A stretch of 64,000 nucleotides of DNA from a virus, in the IMG/VR virus record IMGVR_UViG_3300042382_000102, positions 16,336-80,335 of that record; one strand, written 5' to 3'. Shown piece by piece: positions 56,082-64,000 of this stretch. The translations under genes were made by a program, and so were the position numbers. Each line of letters opens with the position of its first letter. Position 1 is the stretch's first letter. The notes under the pieces are model-generated. The model saw nothing but the letters and a program-made list of their open reading frames with translations, searched no databases and was not told the origin of the DNA.

Positions 56082-57581
56082 TTACTCCTCAAAACCATAA
56101 ACATCAATCTTAGTGTCTGAGTTAGTTGCTCTTGCATAAACCTTATCACCTGCATTTAGAATAATTCCTCTATGCTCTAAGTGATTCTTTGCTGGTACAG
56201 TTAAATCTAACTCAAATGCATCTGGCTTAATTGTAGGTGAGCCTAAAGAACTAAGTGTTGTATATTTACCTGTTGAGGTATACACAGCAAACTGAGCAAA
56301 TGTGTCTGTCTTTGGCCCTGTATAAGCACTAGTTAAACTACCAATACCTGACGTAATTATAGAGGTATCTCCCTTAACCCAAGTTGCCCCATCTTTAGAG
56401 AACAGAACATCACCATTAGTTGTGATAGTATAGCCATAACCATTTCTATCTTCAATAAATGGGAAGTAAAAGTGTAGGTTACTAGGGAAAGATGAAGTTA
56501 CATCTGTCCAGTTATTTAAAGATGAAAACCAAGAAGTAACAGGTGCTCTAAAAACTTTATTTGCAGTTCCACCATACACATAATCACCAACGGGACGAAA
56601 CCATAGCCAATTTAAAGAAGTTTGATCATAAGACCCACCCCAGTTAGTTCGTGTAAGATTAACAGATATATTATAACTTTGGTTTGAGGAAGCATCAGTT
56701 ATTGTAGCACCCCATATTGCATTACTACCACTTGTCCAAGAACATCCTGTTACAAGTCTTAGATTTGCAGTACTAAGTCTTGCTGTTGGTAAAATAGAAA
56801 GTGCATAAGGAGAATGTTGACCATAATTAGTATTTAACCAATATGGTGAATTACTACTACTAGTGTAATCACTTTGACTACCATTACTAGAGGTACTGCT
56901 ACCAAGACTATATTGTCTTGTTAAATATCCAGTACTATTTACATGGAAACACTGCTGTCTAAATCCAGCCGTGCCATAATCATAATAACTTGGAGTATTA
57001 TCATAACCACCAAATACAGAAGCAGCGGGATAACCTTCATAGCTTTTATCTAATGTATCCCAAGGATAGCCTTTAACTCTTCGAGGATATCTACTAGAAT
57101 TCATTACAATGTAATCATTCTCTGAGTAAAATCCTGATATTTGGTAACCTCTACCGATCCAATAGCCTGGACCACCCATGGACCATTGTCCAGTACCCCA
57201 ACCTGAATTGTATGGATAACCTAGACTATTAGTACTTTCATTCCAAATACCAAAAGGTGGATAAGAAGTGCTAGGGCTAGGGTCAGAACCAGAGCTTACT
57301 TGTGGACCAACTGCTAAAGAGATTGTAGGGGTACCTATATTAAGAATACCAAGCGGTGCTTGTTTACTAGCAGTATACTCTACACCATTAACTTTTAAAG
57401 CGGATGTATTATCTGCTGGTGAATTTGATAGTTGGCTATGTGCTAAACTAACAACTGAAGAGTCACTACCTACATTCCTTGCAAATACTGATACCGTTGC
57501 GCTTTTACCTGCAGGTACAGTATACACAGCAGTTGTTGCTCCTGCTGCTAATAGCGTTGAAGCTAAACGTTTTTGTGCCAT
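56082..57581 (-). CDS. Tail-associated structural protein
   Basis: 499 aa, S/T/G/Y-rich; termini resemble the 108-aa protein at 61756..62082. Confidence 0.65.
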   Translation of the reverse strand: MAQKRLASTLLAAGATTAVYTVPAGKSATVSVFARNVGSDSSVVSLAHSQLSNSPADNTSALKVNGVEYTASKQAPLGILNIGTPTISLAVGPQVSSGSDPSPSTSYPPFGIWNESTNSLGYPYNSGWGTGQWSMGGPGYWIGRGYQISGFYSENDYIVMNSSRYPRRVKGYPWDTLDKSYEGYPAASVFGGYDNTPSYYDYGTAGFRQQCFHVNSTGYLTRQYSLGSSTSSNGSQSDYTSSSNSPYWLNTNYGQHSPYALSILPTARLSTANLRLVTGCSWTSGSNAIWGATITDASSNQSYNISVNLTRTNWGGSYDQTSLNWLWFRPVGDYVYGGTANKVFRAPVTSWFSSLNNWTDVTSSFPSNLHFYFPFIEDRNGYGYTITTNGDVLFSKDGATWVKGDTSIITSGIGSLTSAYTGPKTDTFAQFAVYTSTGKYTTLSSLGSPTIKPDAFELDLTVPAKNHLEHRGIILNAGDKVYARATNSDTKIDVYGFEE

Positions 57582-57593
57582 TTTTTAAACCTT

Positions 57594-60500
57594 TCAAAAT
57601 GTGCTAAAGAATGCTACTTTAGCCACGGATGGTGCTGATGCAACAACTGCATTCACCGAGTTTGTTAACGATGTTGAGATAGTATCTACATAAGTTTTAA
57701 CTGCGTATTCTGTTGGTACAGCAAGATTACTTGCTCCACTCAATGTTGAATCACTACTAAACTCATTAATAGATTCACCAATTTGAGCACCAATAGAACC
57801 AAGGCGTAAACTTGTAAGACCACTTAAATCGAATGCAGAGGCATCTAATGTAGCTCGTCCTGTAGCTTGATCAACTCGGAAATAGTTACCAATTCTAAAA
57901 TTACCATCTTGGTCTGTAGATACATAGTATACACGACCTGGTAGGTTTTCAATAACCTCATTACCTTGAGATGGAGACTGTGTAGGTACTCCTGGGTAAT
58001 TAGTTGTAGTTTTACCACCAGTGCCAATACTTAAGAAGTCATGACCAGTTAATCGAACTTGAGAATAATTATAACGGATATTAAAATGTTGACCATAATA
58101 TGAATCAGCCGTATCTAATTTTTCTTGGCTTAAAGTAATTGTAGCGGTGCCATTTATAGCGTCCCAACCACTAACTGAAGTAATAATATAACTACGTGTA
58201 TCTGCACCAGTGTTAAGTGGTTCAGTAATATCTGGATTATCTATTGGAGAGTAAGTTGGACCTTCTACAAATTCAATAGATCCACCTGCAATAGGGCTTG
58301 CGGATAAACCACCAAGAACTAATGCAAAGCCATATTGGCCTCTATGAGCATCTGTGCCAACTAAAGTTACAGTAGTTCCGCTATTAGCAATAATTGTAGA
58401 ACCGTCTAAGAAAGGATAAATTGTTTCACCAGTAAATCTATCATATGCAGTAGTACTATGAGCAACTATAGAAATTGAACCACCTGTAGCAGTACCATTA
58501 GATTTGTAGTATAATGTAGTACCTGCTAATGCAGCATCTACTTGTAATCTAACTTCTCTATTAGTTGCAGCAGCAAATCCAGCAATATACGCTGCATTAT
58601 TAGCTACTTGTGTATTATTTAACCAATAGGTTACTCCTGTTGTATATGGCGTAACACCACTTACAGTAGTAGTAAAATATAAGGCTTCTCCTACGTTAGT
58701 TGTATCATTTTGTTCAAATACATATTGTCTAGTTGTATAAGCTGTGAAGCTTAGTGATTTAGTTCCATTAAGGTAAAAACCTTTATTTAAACCAACCGTC
58801 TTAGTGTTTAATTTATACGTATGGCCTGTAGTACCTAGCTTAAGATCACTAATAACTAATCTATGGTAATTTGTACCTAAATTTGTTTGGATATTAGTAA
58901 TAGTAGCTTTAGGTTTAGCAATAGTGATTGTACCAGTAGTTAAAGTAGTACCTACCAATGTTCTAGTCGCAGTGCCACCAGAAATATAGTTACCCATTGT
59001 TGTACCATCTACAGGTATTGTTCTTGCTACATCTGTATATAAGCTTACACGATCGGCATCTAATACAGTAACGTAATAGCTATTTCCATTTAGTTGTGTT
59101 TGACCTAAAATACCTGTGATATCAGAAATTCTTTCACCACTAGTAAATCCATGTGAGTTAATTTGTAAAATAACAGGATTGCTACGTAATGCATCTGTAA
59201 TAGTTAGAGTAGCAATACCCCAACCACCAATAGAACGATTATCAAAGTAATTTGTTAAATCAAAATTAGAGCATAGCTTAAAGGTATTAGGAGTAATTAC
59301 ATCTGCATACCATGTTTTTCTTATACCTTGTGCTTGATCACCTAGAATAGGTTGCCATACTGATTCTGCAATACCTGTAATACTAACTGGTTGACCATTG
59401 TATAAACCGTGGTTGGTACTTGTAGTTATTACAGCTTGAGCCGCAATACTCATTCCAGTTATTGTAAGATTGGTTGGTTCTGTTTGGCTTATAGTATTAC
59501 CAACTGAGAAGCCTGCAGAAGTAGATAAGGTGCTTGGATCATAGGTTAATGTATCACCGTACATAGTACCTGACAAAGCATTTTCATTTACATCAAAACC
59601 ACTAGCCATAGAACCATAAGTACCATAACTATTATTACAGTTTAATGCACGGATTTTACCACCACCAGTAGCGGCTAATCCAAAATCACAGTAATATGTA
59701 AAGCAGCTTACAATTTCAGAAAGACCTCTGTCTTTTACCCAAAAACCTACACCACCATCATGTACTTGAGTAAATGTGTGGAATACCATTGAGCCGCCTG
59801 AACCAACAGGTCCAATACTACCATCAATAATCGCACCTACACCACCAGTAGAGAATGCACTAGATTCTTTAACATAAGGTGATTTAGTAATCATTGAAGC
59901 AGGGTTTAATCTGCAGTATACACCTTTAATAGTAGCTGTATTTAGATCTTCAGGATTACTTGTACTTTTGACAAAGCCAGTTAATCCCTTCATTACCAAA
60001 CCTTCAATCATCACTCCACTAGAGAGGAAAAACATTGTAGTTTGATTATTAGGTGTTATACCATCATCACTTAAACCAGCTTTAGGTTGTATAATAGTAT
60101 TACGCTGCCCATCCCCAACAATTGTAACATTTTCAGGAACAATAATTGGAAGCTGCTCGTTATATACACCATCCTTAACAAAGATAGTTGCAGGACTACG
60201 ATTAGCCATATCTGCAGCAATATACTGACATGCATATTTTAAACTTGCAAACGCATAGTCTACACTTGCACCATGATTAACATCATCTGCACTAGACACT
60301 AAATCTTCAGCTACATAATAAATATTATCGTTAGCGTTAGCAAATTCCCAACTATAGTTTTGTCCATCGGGAGTTTGTAAATATCTGCCATTTTTATTTG
60401 TAGTAGCAGGTAATACATAAGCAGCACCAACAACGAATGTAGTCCATTTGTTTGCAGCTAAATCTTGGAAGAAATCAGCTGTTCCAACATGATCTGTTAA

Positions 60501-61529
60501 GCAAATGTAAGTACTGACTGAATTAGATACAATATCATCTTTTACATAAGAAGTACCTGTAGTCCAAGGACCCATATACCTAACACCAGAATTATATTTA
60601 ATCCATTTTGGTGTTGGAACTGCATTTAAAGCGTCATTAAAGTTGTTAGAAGAAGTATGGCTAATTGTACAAATAAATGTATTACCACCATAAACAACAA
60701 CATCATTAGCACCGTAGTAAGTTACACTAGTCCATGCACCTCTAACGTTTGTACCACTAAAATATAAAGACCAATTTTGTGTTTGGCTACTTGGTTCTGA
60801 GTTAGTATTATTGTTTAATGCTTGATAAATATTACCACCAAACCTTACTGTTTGACCAACAATATAATTTGAACCAGCATTCCAATTACCTTGGAAGTCA
60901 TTCCCTTTAGAATACAAATCCCAATATTGAGCAACTGTTGGAATATTACCTGTAGTCTCCACTTTACATTTGTATAAGTTTGCGCCATAAGCAACGATTG
61001 CACCAGGTACATAAGCAGTAGCTGCATTATAAATACCATCAGCACTAACGCCACTCACAAACTTTTGCCAGTAAGAAGCATTGGTAGGTAAATTATTTAC
61101 TGTATCTTGTGTAGCAATGTAAGCCTGTGCACCATAAGTTACAACGTCATTCTTTTGATAATTTGTTGTACCTACATAAGTACCTTCCCACTGAATACCA
61201 TCAGCAAATTGTGACCAATATGTTGCATTAGGTGGAATTTGATTTTGGCTATCTTTAATAGCAATATAAACCTTACCACCATAAGCAATACCATCACCAA
61301 CACGATATTGTGTTGAAGTACTGAAGTTACCTTTAAATTTAAAACCTTCTACCATTAGAACCCAGTATTGGATGTCTGTTGGTAAATTACCCATGGTTTT
61401 TACTGGGTTTGTATATACATATACGTTACCGCCATATTTGACGATATCATTTGTTTCGTAAGTGGTGGATGATAACCAGTCACCTGCGAAATGAAACCGT
61501 AGTTTCCCTAAATCAATTAATTGTGTCAT
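57594..61529 (-). CDS. Large tail fibre/spike protein
   Basis: N-terminal approx. 45-aa repeats (W...Y..NDVV.YG...Y), pectin-lyase-like TIFVKDGVYNE...IVGDG region, C-terminal VPTEYAVKTYVD. Confidence 0.8.
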   Translation of the reverse strand: MTQLIDLGKLRFHFAGDWLSSTTYETNDIVKYGGNVYVYTNPVKTMGNLPTDIQYWVLMVEGFKFKGNFSTSTQYRVGDGIAYGGKVYIAIKDSQNQIPPNATYWSQFADGIQWEGTYVGTTNYQKNDVVTYGAQAYIATQDTVNNLPTNASYWQKFVSGVSADGIYNAATAYVPGAIVAYGANLYKCKVETTGNIPTVAQYWDLYSKGNDFQGNWNAGSNYIVGQTVRFGGNIYQALNNNTNSEPSSQTQNWSLYFSGTNVRGAWTSVTYYGANDVVVYGGNTFICTISHTSSNNFNDALNAVPTPKWIKYNSGVRYMGPWTTGTSYVKDDIVSNSVSTYICLTDHVGTADFFQDLAANKWTTFVVGAAYVLPATTNKNGRYLQTPDGQNYSWEFANANDNIYYVAEDLVSSADDVNHGASVDYAFASLKYACQYIAADMANRSPATIFVKDGVYNEQLPIIVPENVTIVGDGQRNTIIQPKAGLSDDGITPNNQTTMFFLSSGVMIEGLVMKGLTGFVKSTSNPEDLNTATIKGVYCRLNPASMITKSPYVKESSAFSTGGVGAIIDGSIGPVGSGGSMVFHTFTQVHDGGVGFWVKDRGLSEIVSCFTYYCDFGLAATGGGKIRALNCNNSYGTYGSMASGFDVNENALSGTMYGDTLTYDPSTLSTSAGFSVGNTISQTEPTNLTITGMSIAAQAVITTSTNHGLYNGQPVSITGIAESVWQPILGDQAQGIRKTWYADVITPNTFKLCSNFDLTNYFDNRSIGGWGIATLTITDALRSNPVILQINSHGFTSGERISDITGILGQTQLNGNSYYVTVLDADRVSLYTDVARTIPVDGTTMGNYISGGTATRTLVGTTLTTGTITIAKPKATITNIQTNLGTNYHRLVISDLKLGTTGHTYKLNTKTVGLNKGFYLNGTKSLSFTAYTTRQYVFEQNDTTNVGEALYFTTTVSGVTPYTTGVTYWLNNTQVANNAAYIAGFAAATNREVRLQVDAALAGTTLYYKSNGTATGGSISIVAHSTTAYDRFTGETIYPFLDGSTIIANSGTTVTLVGTDAHRGQYGFALVLGGLSASPIAGGSIEFVEGPTYSPIDNPDITEPLNTGADTRSYIITSVSGWDAINGTATITLSQEKLDTADSYYGQHFNIRYNYSQVRLTGHDFLSIGTGGKTTTNYPGVPTQSPSQGNEVIENLPGRVYYVSTDQDGNFRIGNYFRVDQATGRATLDASAFDLSGLTSLRLGSIGAQIGESINEFSSDSTLSGASNLAVPTEYAVKTYVDTISTSLTNSVNAVVASAPSVAKVAFFSTF

Positions 61530-61756
61530 AAGAATTTCACCTGTAAATGTCCATTGTTACCCCACTGAAACTTTAACGTATCACGGGACCATACCCATTG
61601 GCTATAGTCGAATTTATCGATAATACCTTCATCTGGTAGTACTACTGGAGAACCATCGTTAATGATCTCAATATCTAAGTTACCAGTGTCTGGATTAAAT
61701 CTAAACCCATAAAAAGTCTTGTCAGCTAAATCTGTACCTTCATAAAAGCCAGCCAT
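61526..61756 (-). CDS. Small tail-associated protein
   Basis: 76 aa; translationally coupled within fibre operon. Confidence 0.6.
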   Translation of the reverse strand: MAGFYEGTDLADKTFYGFRFNPDTGNLDIEIINDGSPVVLPDEGIIDKFDYSQWVWSRDTLKFQWGNNGHLQVKFL

Positions 61757-62082
61757 TATGCTACTCCTGCTAGAATTGAAGCAATAGCGTCAAAAGCATT
61801 GTTATCAACACTGATAGATACTAATTGATCGCCAGGTAATAGTATAATTTTATTACCCTTCATTACTTCTTCGTTATCTCCGTTACCTACACGTTTATCT
61901 TTTACGATATATGCATCGCCAGTAGACTTACGTAAGATAAGACTAACAGGAAGAAAACTACCTGTTTTGTTTGCCAAGTTACATCCAATAAGAATTGCTT
62001 TGGTATTAGCAGGAGCTGTATAAATTACAACTTCAGTAGTTCCAATATTAGATGCAACAGCGTTAATAAAATTATTTGCCAT
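61756..62082 (-). CDS. Small beta-rich tail-associated protein
   Basis: IYTAPANTKAILIGCNLAN...GNKIILLPGDQL; AGGAG RBS. Confidence 0.65.
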   Translation of the reverse strand: MANNFINAVASNIGTTEVVIYTAPANTKAILIGCNLANKTGSFLPVSLILRKSTGDAYIVKDKRVGNGDNEEVMKGNKIILLPGDQLVSISVDNNAFDAIASILAGVA

Positions 62083-62092
62083 TGTTTTCTCC

Positions 62093-64000
62093 TTAACCTA
62101 AAGCAATTGCCATTGCCAATATATCATCCATAGTTACTGAATTAGTAGCCTGAGAGACAATACTATTTGCAACCGCTGGAGATACCAGTCTCACATTATC
62201 AATATGTAAATACTGTGGATGGTCATCATTTGTTAAACCTGAAAGATTTGAGTGATTAGTTACTGGTGTTGTTACTGAACCACCAGATGCTGCAATAGCT
62301 CTTAAATCATATACTCCTCTTAATCTAGCATTAACACTGTTATCATAACCATTTTCACCTTGGAAAATAAGCTTATATAGTGGTCTAAACTCAACTGAGG
62401 GAAATCCAGATAAGTCTAAGCTTTCAAACAAAGCTGCTTGAGCATTATTTAATGTGCTAAGATTAGACTGACTTAAAATACCAATTACAGGATAATTTAA
62501 GTTATTAGTTGCTAAGATCCAAGTACATGTATAATCTGTATTTGTAACATCTGTAGTAACCCAAGCGGAACCATTATAATTGTTATATTGAGGTCTACTT
62601 GTTCCTTGTTTCAAAGGGAAATTTGTAGGTTCATCCATTACCCAAGCATTACCAGAATGATACATCATTGGGATTCTAGCTGGAGAGCTTAGATCCTGTT
62701 GAAATGTATTTGGTGTTGGTGTATTGGTAGATACAATATCAACTTGGAAGTCTTCATCAAAGAAAGTACCACCCTCAATTGTAACTTGTGCATGAGAGTC
62801 TAAATCACCTGAACCTGTAGTTGTATAACCACCTGCAGCAAAACCAGTAGCATAAGCTGCTCCACGAGTTCTATGCAAGTACTCATGAGTCTGCCAGTCT
62901 AAGGTTGTACCATGACGTTCATCACCAAAGTATACAGCCTTTTGAGTTGTAGCATTCCAATAGATGTAAGCAGTAAAGGTATCAATACCAAAAGTAAAGA
63001 ATGTAGTCTTTGTAGACAATACACCAGTACTACTAAAATAGATATAATGCAATCCAGTTGTATTAGGAATAGTTACAGTCTGTGTTGTTAAGAACACATG
63101 TTTATTACCTTTACACCAAATCTCAAATGAAGTATTACTTGGACTAATAGTGAATGTACGACTTGCATTATCAAAAGCTATTACTGATTGACTAACGTCT
63201 GTATGACCATTAGGTTCACCAGTAGCTGTTAATACGTCTTCAAATTTAGCACCTTGAGCAGCAGTAGCAAAATCTTCATTATCAGATAAAGCAGCTGTAC
63301 CAAGGCCTAGGTTTGCTCTTGAAGTAGGAACACTTACAACATCACTTAAATTATTGGCAGGTAGCATAAAGCCACCACCAGAAACATAAGCAGAAGTCCA
63401 GAATGAACCTGTATAAACTCGCATACCTACGTTAGTTTGGAAGTATAACATTCCAGCTAACAACTGACCACCATCATTATCAGTTGAGGGATCTTCTAAC
63501 TTTGCACCTAGATACCTATCATCAAAACTATCATAAGCGCCTAAAGCAGCATCTCTAGCTGCCTCAGCACCTAACTGAGCATTTATAGCGGCATTCTTAG
63601 AAGTTAATGCACTAGCAGCACTTGTAGCTGCGTTTGTTGCATTGTATATTGTTTCATTCTTATATGATAAAGAAGTAACCTCAGAGGCTAATGCATTACC
63701 TGCACTTGTAGCTGCATTTGTTTCGGATGTAGCAGCATTAGTAGCACTAGTAGCGGATGCATTTTTAGAACTTAAGGCTGAAGCAGCACTTGTCGAAGCT
63801 GAGTTAGCACTTGTTAAAGCATTTGCCTCAGAAATATCTGCATTTGCTTCGCTAGTTGCAGCGGCATTTTTATATGCCAAAGCATTTTGTTCGCTTGTCA
63901 AAGCATTGCTAGCACTTGTTCCAGCACTAGAGGCACTATTAGCCGCAGCCACTTTAGATGCATCAGCATTATTGGCACTTGTTAAAGCATTAGTAGCACT
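62093..64000 (-). CDS. Tail fibre protein, 5' end beyond window
   Basis: Ala/Ser/Asn heptad-like repeats, FDDRYLGAK, NNLSDV...RANLGLG, HSNLSGLTNDDHPQY; frame open to window edge. Confidence 0.8.
   Translation of the reverse strand, partial: SATNALTSANNADASKVAAANSASSAGTSASNALTSEQNALAYKNAAATSEANADISEANALTSANSASTSAASALSSKNASATSATNAATSETNAATSAGNALASEVTSLSYKNETIYNATNAATSAASALTSKNAAINAQLGAEAARDAALGAYDSFDDRYLGAKLEDPSTDNDGGQLLAGMLYFQTNVGMRVYTGSFWTSAYVSGGGFMLPANNLSDVVSVPTSRANLGLGTAALSDNEDFATAAQGAKFEDVLTATGEPNGHTDVSQSVIAFDNASRTFTISPSNTSFEIWCKGNKHVFLTTQTVTIPNTTGLHYIYFSSTGVLSTKTTFFTFGIDTFTAYIYWNATTQKAVYFGDERHGTTLDWQTHEYLHRTRGAAYATGFAAGGYTTTGSGDLDSHAQVTIEGGTFFDEDFQVDIVSTNTPTPNTFQQDLSSPARIPMMYHSGNAWVMDEPTNFPLKQGTSRPQYNNYNGSAWVTTDVTNTDYTCTWILATNNLNYPVIGILSQSNLSTLNNAQAALFESLDLSGFPSVEFRPLYKLIFQGENGYDNSVNARLRGVYDLRAIAASGGSVTTPVTNHSNLSGLTNDDHPQYLHIDNVRLVSPAVANSIVSQATNSVTMDDILAMAIALG
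63560..64000 (-). repeat. Degenerate coding repeats (ASSAxNALTSxxNA type) in tail fibre
   Basis: Recurrent GCACTTGT(T/C)AAAGCATT-like units. Confidence 0.6.

Noticed and set aside
1671-57588. All plus-strand ORFs in the track (e.g. 1671..1997, 2739..3149, 5154..5567, 57268..57588)
   Set aside because: They are antisense shadows of well-supported minus-strand genes, with no recognisable motifs
10682-61054. Short alternative-frame minus ORFs nested in large genes (e.g. 10682..10927, 39068..39370, 55412..55777, 60845..61054)
   Set aside because: Leu/Val-rich off-frame products expected from the codon bias of the enclosing gene
55224-61529. Possible diversity-generating retroelement acting on tail genes
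   Set aside because: No reverse transcriptase and no template/variable repeat pair seen by eye
63560-64000. Repeated approx. 20-40 nt units resembling an array
   Set aside because: Degenerate in-frame Ala/Ser coding repeats of a tail fibre; no constant repeat with unique spacers, so not CRISPR
1-64000. Prophage or temperate lifestyle
   Set aside because: No integrase, repressor, partition genes or flanking host genes recognised in the window

Overview
This window is most of the genome of an AT-rich, apparently lytic, long-tailed (siphovirus-like) dsDNA phage of a Gram-negative host. Every credible gene is on the minus strand and the map looks circularly permuted. Reading in transcription order (right to left): tail-fibre genes, a heme oxygenase plus ferredoxin-dependent bilin reductase cassette, and a terminator; an early region ending in a 722-aa T7-type RNA polymerase; a T7-like replication and nucleotide module (SSB, two tRNAs, PolA, exonuclease, primase-helicase, glutaredoxin-fused NrdA, NrdB, ClpP, many small ORFs, SleB-like hydrolase); and late genes (TerS, TerL, lysis cassette, PhoH, portal, scaffold, capsid, head-tail proteins, major tail protein, frameshifted G/GT chaperones, 2438-aa tape measure). 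The standout feature is the 1472-aa gene in the minor-head (SPP1 gp7/MuF) slot: an N-terminal MuF domain fused in frame to a second single-subunit RNA polymerase whose catalytic motifs look intact, i.e. a candidate capsid-packaged RNAP. Four copies of an SP6-like promoter (ACCAGGKKACGCTAAAG) occur only downstream of the 722-aa RNAP gene, suggesting a two-polymerase transcription cascade. All calls are by-eye motif recognition; no database searches were run.
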